A DNA stretch of 64,000 bases, taken from Chthonomonas calidirosea. Its GTDB lineage: Bacteria > Armatimonadota > Fimbriimonadia > Fimbriimonadales > Fimbriimonadaceae. The position numbers and the translations under genes are program-made. Positions 41,250 to 49,834 of the stretch are shown here, piece after piece. Numbering within the stretch: position 1 is the stretch's first letter; every line of letters begins with the position of its first letter. The DNA is taken from assembly GCA_945859975.1 (NCBI GenBank), contig CAMAPH010000005.1, forward strand, positions 37,977-101,976. Direction: 5' to 3'. Below the pieces are notes generated by a model. The model was not told the DNA's origin and did not search any database. It saw only the letters and a program-made list of their open reading frames with translations.

Positions 41250-42623
41250 TTACTTTTTGCCCTGATCGAGATGAAGCATTGTGCCCATCAGAGTTTTCTC
41301 GGCTTGGCCGGTGTCGCCGGTTTGAAGGGCTCGCAGGGCCATCGTGACTTCCTGCGCTTCTGCCGCTCTGCCCTGTTGGCTCAGAAGCATTTGCGTCTTC
41401 TGAAGTTCTTGAACTGCCGCCATCTGCGTGATCATTCCGGTCTTCAGACCCATGACCGTCTTCTCGACCGCACGACTCGCCAGGGCAACTTGCGCTGCTC
41501 CAGCAACGCGAGGGTCCTGCGGCGCGGAGTAACGGGCCGAATCCGCCGTGAACTCAATGACGAAGTCAAGGTCCACGGTTTTGATTCCACCGCCATCGGA
41601 CAGATCGTCGTACGTCAGCTTTCCGGCAGCGACGCGATACCAGCCCAGCGGATGGTTCTTGAACTCAAAGTCGAGGACTTGCTGAATCGACGCGCCTCGC
41701 TCCAGGTCGGCGAGCGGAATGATGACTTCTTGCCCTTCGGCCGCGGTCTGCGGCGAGCGCAAGCCAACCCAGCGCGCGGGTTTGACCGACAACTGAAGGT
41801 TGCGAGCAGCACTGGTCATCATCTTGTCGAGTTCGAGTTTAAAGACCTCGGGCAGCATCTCAGGGCGAGGGATGTAGTAGTAGTTCCCGCCCGCTCGCTT
41901 CGCCATGCTGGCCAAAAGCTCTTCGTTGTAGTCCGGGCCAAAGCCAAGGAAAGTGACCGTGATTCCTCGGTTCTTGATGTCGCCTGCATGAGCAACGAGG
42001 GCCGAAAAGTCTTTGATTCCAGCGGTAGGGTCACCATCCGAAAGCACCACAAGCCGGGTCGATCGCCCACCTTCGTTTACGCTCAGAACCTGTTGCGCGC
42101 CGAGTGCGAGGCCATCGTAAAGGTTGGTCGTGTTTCCGGGCATGAGCCGCTGAATACCGTCTTTGATCGGCTGTTTCGAACTCACGCGCTGCGGTGGCAT
42201 CAGCACGTCGACCGTCTCTTCGAAGGTGACGATGCTGAGAATATCGTTCGGCCCGAGCATGTCCACAACATAGCTACAGGCCTGTTTGGCGTACTCGAGC
42301 GGCGCACCTTCCATGCTGCCCGACCGGTCGATGACGAGGCAAACGTTCAACGGCGTTCGGCCACCGGTTGACATGCCTCCCGAAGTTGGCGCACCACCGG
42401 CGGTGAACTCAACGATGAACTGCTCCCGCGCGGGACCGTTCGCCATCGAAGCTTCGCGCCCCGGGATGATCTCGGCCCGAATGCCTTCGAAGGCTGCCGT
42501 CATCGCCGTCGTCTTGAGCGGATCAAAAGCGGACATGGCCTGGGTGCGCATGGGATCGAACGCCTGCGGCGGTGCTCCGAGTTGCGTTCGGTTCGGGTCG
42601 ATGCGCTGGGTGCGGTTATCCAT
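41250..42623 (-). CDS. vWA (MIDAS) domain protein with N-terminal Thr-motif repeats
   Basis: LVIDRSGSM, GNTTNL, LSDG; N-terminus DNRTQ..DPNRTQ..DPMRTQ..DPLKTT. Confidence 0.92.
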   Translation of the reverse strand: MDNRTQRIDPNRTQLGAPPQAFDPMRTQAMSAFDPLKTTAMTAAFEGIRAEIIPGREASMANGPAREQFIVEFTAGGAPTSGGMSTGGRTPLNVCLVIDRSGSMEGAPLEYAKQACSYVVDMLGPNDILSIVTFEETVDVLMPPQRVSSKQPIKDGIQRLMPGNTTNLYDGLALGAQQVLSVNEGGRSTRLVVLSDGDPTAGIKDFSALVAHAGDIKNRGITVTFLGFGPDYNEELLASMAKRAGGNYYYIPRPEMLPEVFKLELDKMMTSAARNLQLSVKPARWVGLRSPQTAAEGQEVIIPLADLERGASIQQVLDFEFKNHPLGWYRVAAGKLTYDDLSDGGGIKTVDLDFVIEFTADSARYSAPQDPRVAGAAQVALASRAVEKTVMGLKTGMITQMAAVQELQKTQMLLSQQGRAAEAQEVTMALRALQTGDTGQAEKTLMGTMLHLDQGKK

Positions 42624-42643
42624 GGTTTTGCTCTTGTGTCGAC

Positions 42644-44038
42644 TTAGACGGGTTCAACCCGGAAAGACGTGCTGCCAATTCGAATGATATCGCCAACCCG
42701 AGCTTGCGCTTGCTGAATTCGGTTGCCGTTGATGAAAGTCCCGTTTGTACTGCCCAAATCTGTGACCACGACCCCGGTCGCATCGGGTCCAACTTGCGCG
42801 TGCCGACGAGAAGCTTGCTGATCGTAAGCCATCGGAACGCTTGTGCTGCCACGGCCAAGCTCCAACGCGGCAATGACCGGGAATCGCGTTCCGGCCAGCG
42901 GTCCATCCACCGCGATGAGTCCGAATCCAGACGGCATTGGCGACTGCGGATACGCCATCGTTGGGTTCATGGCCGGCTGCGGGGTCATCATCGTCGGATT
43001 CATTGGCTGCATCGGCTGCATTTGCGGCATCTGCGGCATTTGCTGCATCGGAGCCATCGGCTGCATGGGTTGCATCGGCTGGACGGGACCACGGTACGGC
43101 TCCGGCCCACGAGCCGGCGCCGCTTGGTTCTTCATCAAAAACTGAAGTTGATACGGTCCCACTTGGATAACGTCACCCGCATGCAATTCAGCCTGCTGAA
43201 TCCGATGTCCGTTTACATAGGTGCCAATCGGAGAGCCGCCATCCTGAAGAACGTAGGCGGATCCGTGCTTTCGAATCACGGCATGTGTGGCGGTGACATT
43301 CATATCGCCAAAGAGCGGAATCTGGGCGGTTTCGCTTCGGCCGATAAAGTTGCTTGCAAAGTCAAGCGACCACTCTTTCGATTCATTTCGACCAAGCGTT
43401 AGCCGCAGCCAAGCAGATCGCGACATTAGGTCAACGAGCCCAATAAACAAGCCAATGAGCGAGCTAAGCGCGACCGCGAAGACAGCGCGCGGGATGCTTC
43501 CGACTTCTCCGCTCTGCCCCGAGGGCGTACCGTTCAAAGTGAGCTGAAACACGCCAAAGACGGTGCCGATGATGTCGAACACCCCCGCGCCGAGGGCCGC
43601 ACCGATCGTTCCACCAACCGCTCCTTGAATCGCGCGCTTCACGTTGAGGGAGCTGAATCCGATCGCTGCACCGAGCATCGTTCCTAAGGGCGCCAAGGCG
43701 ACGACTCGGGCGATGACCGTCATCGGCCCCATCCCGGTCACGCCGCCAAACAGTAGCCGCACGATGCCACCACCAACGCCGTAACCAAACGACGCCCCGA
43801 TCGCGCCGAATAAAGCGCCAAGTCCCAAGCCGCGCAGCAAGTGCGTTCGGCTGCCCTGGTTGAATCCGTTCATTCCACCAATCGTCGCCCCGACGAGCGC
43901 GCCGAGGGAAATCACCAACCGAAGCTCAAAGTTGCTCCACGCGCCAGACGAAGTCATGCCCGGATTCGTGGGTTCAATAATCGCCCATGCAAGCAATCCG
44001 GCCAGACCCGCAAGGAAGAAACGGAAAGTGAGAGCCAT
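42644..44038 (-). CDS. Multi-TM membrane protein with two FHA domains
   Basis: Gly-rich TM N-terminal half; FHA1 IGRSE..VTATH..SPIGTYVNG; FHA2 LGRG..ASRRH..DLGSTNGTFING. Confidence 0.9.
   Translation of the reverse strand: MALTFRFFLAGLAGLLAWAIIEPTNPGMTSSGAWSNFELRLVISLGALVGATIGGMNGFNQGSRTHLLRGLGLGALFGAIGASFGYGVGGGIVRLLFGGVTGMGPMTVIARVVALAPLGTMLGAAIGFSSLNVKRAIQGAVGGTIGAALGAGVFDIIGTVFGVFQLTLNGTPSGQSGEVGSIPRAVFAVALSSLIGLFIGLVDLMSRSAWLRLTLGRNESKEWSLDFASNFIGRSETAQIPLFGDMNVTATHAVIRKHGSAYVLQDGGSPIGTYVNGHRIQQAELHAGDVIQVGPYQLQFLMKNQAAPARGPEPYRGPVQPMQPMQPMAPMQQMPQMPQMQPMQPMNPTMMTPQPAMNPTMAYPQSPMPSGFGLIAVDGPLAGTRFPVIAALELGRGSTSVPMAYDQQASRRHAQVGPDATGVVVTDLGSTNGTFINGNRIQQAQARVGDIIRIGSTSFRVEPV
42960..43085 (-). 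repeat. Coding 9-bp-unit low-complexity repeat (QPM/QMP) in the inter-FHA linker
   Basis: PVQPMQPMQPMAPMQQMPQMPQMQPMQPMNPTMMTPQPAMNPT. Confidence 0.8.
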
Positions 44039-44041
44039 GGT

Positions 44042-45292
44042 TTACGCCTCGAATCGGAACTTCGCCTGACCGAACTGAACGTTATCACCCGGCTTCAGCA
44101 CGACCACCGTGCTGATCTTTGCACCATTCACGTACGTTCCGTTGCTACTCCCCAAATCGGTCACCGTCACCGTCGTGCCGCTGCAACTGAGGCGTGCGTG
44201 TTGCCGAGAAACGGTGGACTCGGTGGTGAGGCTCAGGCCAAGCCCAGCTTCTCGCCCGACGAGCACCTCGCCATCAAGCGGAATCTCGTCTCCCTGCGGG
44301 CTGACCAGCCGAAGAACACCCGTGGACGTGGCCGGCGCGCTTAACGCGGAAACCGGGACTGGATCTGGGGCAGCATCGGTCAAAAGGATCTTCTGGACCG
44401 GCTGCGGAGCCGGTGCCGCCGGAAGAGGAGTGTTCGCGTGAGCATTTGCGAGATCGTCCGTTTTCGGAATTTGGACTCCAAGCTGAGTCAGTTGGGCGTT
44501 GACGCTGGTTGTGTTTTGCTTGTAGTACTGAAGTCCAAAGTAGATCGCCGCTCCGGCCGCCCCAAGCCCAAGAATGTAGGCAAGGATGTTTCCAAACTGC
44601 GGCCCAGAGGGTGCCGCTTCCGTTTTTTCGGACTTGCCGTTTGTTTTCGGCTCATCCGAGTTTGTCTTTTCCTCGCCGTCATTCTCGCTTGGCGCTTCGG
44701 ATACTGCGCCGACCGTCGCGACCTTGCCAGGCACGGCAATGTTGAAGGTTGGTACGGCGTCCGTCCGATTCAAGGAAACCGTGAATACCTGCTTAACCGG
44801 GTCTGCCGGCTTTCCTTCCACCACCGTCTTTACGGTCGCGGTGAGTTCACCTGCCGGCCAGCCGAAAATCGAGACTTCGCCGTTCAAACTCGGATCGAGT
44901 AGCGCAGAGAATTTGCGTGCGCCGGAGGAAAGTTCGACCGCTCCAGCGGCTACCGGATTTTCACCGGAAAGAACGCGAACCTTGATCTGGAACACCTTCG
45001 AGAAGTCGGTCGGCTTGACCGCCCATGACCCCTTCAGTTCGGAAAGCTTTTTGCTCGCGAGATTGCCCGTCTTCTCGTCTCGAACATAGATCGTGTCTCC
45101 GCCACTCGTGTCGGTCAGGTCAATCCCATTTCGAGATGACTTCACTGCGTTCTTCGGCTCACCTTCGAGAGTGGCTGGACCGATCCAGGCCAGTCGGTCC
45201 CCGGCGGACTCAAAAGTCAGTGCGACGGACTGCCCGAACGACAGGGCGCTCAAGCAAATGAAGACAAATCCAATTACGATGCGCCAAGACAC
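44042..45292 (-). CDS. Signal peptide, extracytoplasmic domain, single TM and cytoplasmic FHA domain protein
   Basis: Start reassigned to GTG 45292 (signal peptide ..ALSFG-Q); TM ILAYILGLGAAGAAIYFGL; FHA VGRE..VSRQH..DLGSSNGTYVNG. Confidence 0.85.
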   Translation of the reverse strand: MSWRIVIGFVFICLSALSFGQSVALTFESAGDRLAWIGPATLEGEPKNAVKSSRNGIDLTDTSGGDTIYVRDEKTGNLASKKLSELKGSWAVKPTDFSKVFQIKVRVLSGENPVAAGAVELSSGARKFSALLDPSLNGEVSIFGWPAGELTATVKTVVEGKPADPVKQVFTVSLNRTDAVPTFNIAVPGKVATVGAVSEAPSENDGEEKTNSDEPKTNGKSEKTEAAPSGPQFGNILAYILGLGAAGAAIYFGLQYYKQNTTSVNAQLTQLGVQIPKTDDLANAHANTPLPAAPAPQPVQKILLTDAAPDPVPVSALSAPATSTGVLRLVSPQGDEIPLDGEVLVGREAGLGLSLTTESTVSRQHARLSCSGTTVTVTDLGSSNGTYVNGAKISTVVVLKPGDNVQFGQAKFRFEA

Positions 45293-46815
45293 GCATTGAT
45301 TATGTTGCGCCGCGCCTGCGGAAGGCGATCCGCTAATTCTGAAGCCAAGAATCCGACGGGACCAATCTCTTCTGCGCATAGGTCGCCCGCGGCGCCGTGC
45401 CAGTACATTCCGCACGCCGCTGCATCCAGCGCGCCGACGCATTGGGCCAGCAAGGTGCCGATGATTCCGCTCAAAACGTCGCCCGCGCCGCCGACCGCCA
45501 GGCCCGGATTGCCCGTGCAATTCACCATCAGCGGGTGCTCCGGCATGCCCGCCAGCGAGTACGGCCCCTTTAGCAACACGCACTGACCGAAGTGCTCGAC
45601 CGCCTGACGCACGGTCTGAAATCGATCGGACTCGATCTCTGCGATGCTCAGTTGCAGCAGTCGACTCATCTCTCCGGAGTGGGGTGTCAATACGCATTCG
45701 GTATCTGGCAGACGTACTCCAGCACTCACGGCGTTCAAGGCATCGGCATCAATCACGCTCGGGAGGGTCCAATGTCGCCAAACGCGATCGAGGAACTCAA
45801 GGACCGATGCATCGTGAGAAAGCCCCGGGCCAAAGATCGCGCTGTGAATTTTCGGGATGTTTAGCAAGACTTCTGCCGCAGCCGGATCGACTACTCCATC
45901 TCGCTCTGGCAGCGGAACCAAGATCGCCTCGGGCAATGCGGCCGACACGGCGCGGCAAACATCGGGCACGCCAGCAACGGTCACCAACCCAGCCCCAGCC
46001 CGCAACGCCGCCCGCGCGGAAAGAATGGCCGCACCCCGATAGCGAGTGCTGCCCGCGACCACAAGCACCGAGCCGTTATCTCCCTTATGGCATCCGCGAA
46101 GACGTTCCGGAAGAAGGTGCCCGATGTACGGACCATCAAGAAGCCGCGCTTCCGTTGGCTCACTCAGTAGCTGGCGAGGGATCCCGATGTCGCTGACCGA
46201 CCAATAGCCGGAATGCTCGATCCCGGTGCCTTGGAAAAGGAATGGCTTCGGCTGCCCAAACGTAACCGTTCGTAACGCCCACACGCTATCTCCGAGTTCT
46301 TCACCCGAATCGCAATGAATCCCACTCGGGACGTCCACGGCGATGACGGGCACGCCAGATCGGTTGATCGCCTCGATTGCCTCTCGCGCAGCGCCCTTTA
46401 AGTCGCCGCTGGCGCTAATCCCGAGGACAGCATCAACGATCAGTTCTCGGGTTCCTAACATCTCCAGCTTTCGTGCCCAACGGGCATCGTCGCTGAAAAC
46501 CGGCGCAACGCCATGAGAGTGCGCCGAACGCATCGCGTCTGCAGCTTCGGCTCGCAGCTCCGTTTCGGTTGCCGTCACGAGGCATTCCACGTGGTAACCA
46601 AAATCTCGAGCAAGGCGCGCAACGACAAATCCGTCGCCGCCGTTGTTCCCCTTTCCGCAGACAACGGTGATCTTTCCCGGCTCGGGCATGGTCTGCTGAA
46701 CGACTTCGAACACCGCCAGTCCGGCTCTCTCCATGAGAACGGTGGACGAAATTCCGTAGTTTTCGCTCGTCTGACGATCTATTTTTCGGCAATGGTCAGA
46801 AGTCGCAATCCACAT
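45274..46815 (-). CDS. nnr: Bifunctional NAD(P)HX epimerase/dehydratase
   Basis: LMERAG, CGKGNNGGDG, AVDVPSG, HKG..G, IDADAL, LTPHSGE, GAGDVLSG. Confidence 0.95.
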   Translation of the reverse strand: MWIATSDHCRKIDRQTSENYGISSTVLMERAGLAVFEVVQQTMPEPGKITVVCGKGNNGGDGFVVARLARDFGYHVECLVTATETELRAEAADAMRSAHSHGVAPVFSDDARWARKLEMLGTRELIVDAVLGISASGDLKGAAREAIEAINRSGVPVIAVDVPSGIHCDSGEELGDSVWALRTVTFGQPKPFLFQGTGIEHSGYWSVSDIGIPRQLLSEPTEARLLDGPYIGHLLPERLRGCHKGDNGSVLVVAGSTRYRGAAILSARAALRAGAGLVTVAGVPDVCRAVSAALPEAILVPLPERDGVVDPAAAEVLLNIPKIHSAIFGPGLSHDASVLEFLDRVWRHWTLPSVIDADALNAVSAGVRLPDTECVLTPHSGEMSRLLQLSIAEIESDRFQTVRQAVEHFGQCVLLKGPYSLAGMPEHPLMVNCTGNPGLAVGGAGDVLSGIIGTLLAQCVGALDAAACGMYWHGAAGDLCAEEIGPVGFLASELADRLPQARRNIINACLGAS

Positions 46816-46861
46816 AGCAGTCCTAGGAGCACTGCGTACTACGCGACCCCATTGGGACTCG

Positions 46862-47329
46862 TCACCCGCTTACGGAATCCAGTGTGATATTTCCGCCGCA
46901 ACCGCGATGTACGTAAGATCGGTTCCGCGGAAGTTGTCGATTTCTCGAAAATCGGTAAGAACACTTTTTACACCGATACCAAATCTGTTGCCGGGCCGTG
47001 TTTCGAACCACTGGGTACGTGTGCCTTGTCACCGGCACCGCGCCTAGGTCACGCATCGCTTGTTGCCAAAAGATTCCATGGTTGGCCGCCTTTGCACCGT
47101 GCCGATCCACTGCGAGCAAGTGCGCGTACTCGTGTACCAGCGTGTCGCGAACCATTTCCGGCGTGGTCAGGACCACCGACGAAAGCGCAATTTCTCCCTT
47201 GCGCCAGTACGCCATTCCAGCTGAGACACGCAATCCCTTCCAGCGCCAGGTGGGTTGGTAGGAAAGCGGAAACTTTGTCGTCAGTTCCGAGAAGAGTTCT
47301 TCGGCATACCGGTTTAACTCCGCACTCAC
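46862..47329 (-). CDS. SprT-like zinc metalloprotease
   Basis: DTLVHEYAH, HG..W, YRCKKC zinc ribbon. Confidence 0.88.
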   Translation of the reverse strand: MSAELNRYAEELFSELTTKFPLSYQPTWRWKGLRVSAGMAYWRKGEIALSSVVLTTPEMVRDTLVHEYAHLLAVDRHGAKAANHGIFWQQAMRDLGAVPVTRHTYPVVRNTARQQIWYRCKKCSYRFSRNRQLPRNRSYVHRGCGGNITLDSVSG

Positions 47330-48189
47330 CGCGGCAAAGAACCACCCAGAGTTTTGCCGAGAATGCCGCTGCTACCAACGTCGCTCGCGATGTTAAACCA
47401 CTTGTGCCGGTTGTACTTTGTGCAGATCTGGGAGAGCTTCTCATCAGCCCGCGCAAAGTAGCGGTCGACGCCGTCGTAGCTTGCATTTTGCATCTTCGTG
47501 AGGCTTTGCAGCGCTTTATCCGGGTTGCCCGACAGGTCGTTCAAGATCGCACCGAGATCCGACATCATGCCCGGGATTTCGTTGACGGCTTGCCCAAAGT
47601 CGTTTGCAAGCGGCTGGCATTCGGCCGGCGGCGGATAGCTGTAGAAGAACTGGATCAGTTCATCCCAACGCGGTCGGAGGTCTAGAATCTTGCCCTTCGT
47701 GTACTCCGCTGGCGGCTTGTCGCCCTCACCTTCACTGGACTGATCGTAAGGGTTCATCAAGCCCATTCCCGCGCCGAGAACCGAGTTCTTCTGAATGAAG
47801 ACCGTCACTTCCGCGGCCTGGTCGCCGCTGATTTCGATCTTTCGCCGCTCGCATTCTTCGAGATGCTTGAGCCAGTTGTAGACATCCGCTGGCATTTCGG
47901 CCGGGGCCGGCGGGGCGGTTGCCGTCTTCTGCAGGCTTGGATCGGGCGGTGTCGCTTTGAGTTGCAAAGCACCCGGATCCGGTGGTGTTCCTTTGGCTTG
48001 GAGCGCATCGCCCTGTGGATTCGTGGCACCAAACCTCAACGCGCCAGAAGCGAACAGGCCAAAGATGGCGGCAGCAATGATGGCGAGAACGCCACCAATG
48101 ATTACGGCCTGCGTCTGCTTCTTTTTTTGGGCGGCGAAGTCATCCGCAATCGATGGCGCGGAACGGGGAGGTTGTTGGCCTGGTTGCAT
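47326..48189 (-). CDS. Single-TM hypothetical protein with Pro-rich repeats
   Basis: KKK then TM; ALQAKGTPPDPG/ALQLKATPPDPS repeats; overlaps the sprT start. Confidence 0.75.
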   Translation of the reverse strand: MQPGQQPPRSAPSIADDFAAQKKKQTQAVIIGGVLAIIAAAIFGLFASGALRFGATNPQGDALQAKGTPPDPGALQLKATPPDPSLQKTATAPPAPAEMPADVYNWLKHLEECERRKIEISGDQAAEVTVFIQKNSVLGAGMGLMNPYDQSSEGEGDKPPAEYTKGKILDLRPRWDELIQFFYSYPPPAECQPLANDFGQAVNEIPGMMSDLGAILNDLSGNPDKALQSLTKMQNASYDGVDRYFARADEKLSQICTKYNRHKWFNIASDVGSSGILGKTLGGSLPR

Positions 48190-48246
48190 GCGAATGTCCT
48201 CTAATCATCTTGACGCAACGGCGTTACCCAATCGTTCCACATCTCC

Positions 48247-48273
48247 TCAGCACTCTTTCGTCACGAGTGCTAA
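48247..48273. promoter_or_regulatory. CIRCE element (HrcA operator)
   Basis: TCAGCACTC-TTTCGTCAC-GAGTGCTAA; 17 of 18 matches to TTAGCACTC-N9-GAGTGCTAA with an exact 9-nt spacer. Confidence 0.88.
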
Positions 48274-48414
48274 CATGCTTTGTCAATAGCGCAAGCTAGC
48301 ATTATTACTTGTATTTTTTGAAAAAATCCCAAGTTCTGATAGGATGTTCGGAACTAGATTGGCAGTGGCGCCATCTACGGCAATGAAGCCAAGAAATTTA
48401 GATCGAGTAAAAGC

Positions 48415-48924
48415 ATGAAGCTACAGTTCACAAACGAGCCACTCGGACAATACTTCCGGACGCTGCTCCACGATGCCATCCAGCACGAATCGGGAGTACT
48501 CCCGAGCGAAACGACCGAGGCCTACCTCGCCGACCTCCTGGTCCGGTTTGCCCACTTTGAGCGGATGCACGGCATCCGTGATGCTTTCGGACACCGAATC
48601 CCAACCGTAACCGGAATGCTTCCCGAGGCTGACGTTCGCCTCCACGCGAACTCTTTCCTCCGCGAGCGCGAAGTTCACAAGCACATCGGCGACTACCTGC
48701 TCTTTTGGGCAGGGATGTACCCCGAGTATTTCCAGCACCTGCGGAAGGCTGGTCATGTTGACGGTTTGATTGATGCACCAGCCCAAGGAAAGGCGAGCTA
48801 CTACATCGCTTCGTCCTATCGAGAATCGCCGTTTGAAGAAGAGGCGGAGGTCCTCTATCGCCTCAGCGATGAGTTCGACGGCTACATGCACGCCGTCAAG
48901 AGCGTGCGAAAGCGAATGAACTAA
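48415..48924 (+). CDS. Hypothetical protein
   Basis: Well-formed ORF (HIGDYLLFWAGMYPE, GKASYYIAS); candidate promoter TTGAAA-N16-TAGGAT at 48318-48345. Confidence 0.75.
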   Translation: MKLQFTNEPLGQYFRTLLHDAIQHESGVLPSETTEAYLADLLVRFAHFERMHGIRDAFGHRIPTVTGMLPEADVRLHANSFLREREVHKHIGDYLLFWAGMYPEYFQHLRKAGHVDGLIDAPAQGKASYYIASSYRESPFEEEAEVLYRLSDEFDGYMHAVKSVRKRMN

Positions 48925-48925
48925 A

Positions 48926-48961
48926 CGAAAAATGGGTTCCAAACCGAAGTTTGGAACCCAT
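48926..48961 (-). terminator. Intrinsic terminator of the rplM-rpsI transcript
   Basis: ATGGGTTCCAAAC-TTCG-GTTTGGAACCCAT then TTTT on the minus strand (cUUCGg loop). Confidence 0.88.
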
Positions 48962-48989
48962 GATTGAGTTTGCGGGTGAGAACGAGTTC

Positions 48990-49379
48990 TCAGCGCTTAA
49001 CGAACTGGAAGCCACGTCGAGCTTTCTTTCGACCGTACTTCTTTCGTTCCTTGACGCGGGAATCCCGCGTGAGGAAGCCAAGACCGCGAAGTTCTTTTCG
49101 CAGGGTTTCGTCGTACTGAAGCAACGCTCGGGAAATACCAAGTCGGACTGCACCAGCCTGTCCGGCCATGCCTCCACCCTTGCAGGTGGCTTTAACGTCA
49201 AATCGGCCGTCCATCTGGAGAGCAACGAGCGGGCTCTTCACGAGAATTTCGAGAACCGGTCGGCCTAGATACTCCTTGAAGTCTCGACCGTTGATGCTGA
49301 TGTTGCCTTCGCCCTGAGTGATCCAGACTCGTGCAATCGCGCACTTGCGTCGGCCCGTTCCGTAATTTGATTCTGCCAT
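48990..49379 (-). CDS. rpsI: 30S ribosomal protein S9
   Basis: GTGRRK, GGG..GQAGA, KERKKYG..KAR..QFVKR. Confidence 0.98.
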   Translation of the reverse strand: MAESNYGTGRRKCAIARVWITQGEGNISINGRDFKEYLGRPVLEILVKSPLVALQMDGRFDVKATCKGGGMAGQAGAVRLGISRALLQYDETLRKELRGLGFLTRDSRVKERKKYGRKKARRGFQFVKR

Positions 49380-49382
49380 GCG

Positions 49383-49826
49383 TTAGTTCCTCTCCTTCCG
49401 GACGTTGAGCGGCTCCGGATTCTGTGCCGCATGCGGATGCTCTGAGCCCGCGTAAACCTTGAGTTTCTTGAAAAGTGCCTTACCGAGCTTGGTCTTAGGA
49501 GTCATTCCCCAGACGGCCTTTTCAACCAGCTTCACCGGATCGTTTTCCAGGAGGTTGCCGCGCGAAACGTTGCGCAGTCCGCCTGGCCAACCGGTGTGCC
49601 AGTAAATGAGCTCATCGGCCTTGTTGCCAGTGAGAACTACCTTGTCGGCGTTGATGATGACGACGAAGTCACCCGTGTCAACGTTGTATTGAAAATTCGG
49701 CTTACCCTTCCCGCGGAGGACCTTCGCGACTTGTCCAGCCAAACGCCCCAGAGGAATACCGGCCGCATCGACCACATACCATTTGTGATCGGTGTACTCG
49801 CCTTTATTTGTAAATGTTCGATTCAT
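49383..49826 (-). CDS. rplM: 50S ribosomal protein L13
   Basis: WYVVDA..LGRLA, DTGDFVVIINA, HTGWPGG, HPHAAQ; alternative GTG start at 49838. Confidence 0.97.
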   Translation of the reverse strand: MNRTFTNKGEYTDHKWYVVDAAGIPLGRLAGQVAKVLRGKGKPNFQYNVDTGDFVVIINADKVVLTGNKADELIYWHTGWPGGLRNVSRGNLLENDPVKLVEKAVWGMTPKTKLGKALFKKLKVYAGSEHPHAAQNPEPLNVRKERN

Positions 49827-49834
49827 TGTTTCTG

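Noticed and set aside
45293..45697. N-terminal ~135 aa of the 551-aa FHA ORF in the track
   Set aside because: Overlaps nnr in another frame; a signal peptide begins at GTG 45292, which is the likely start.
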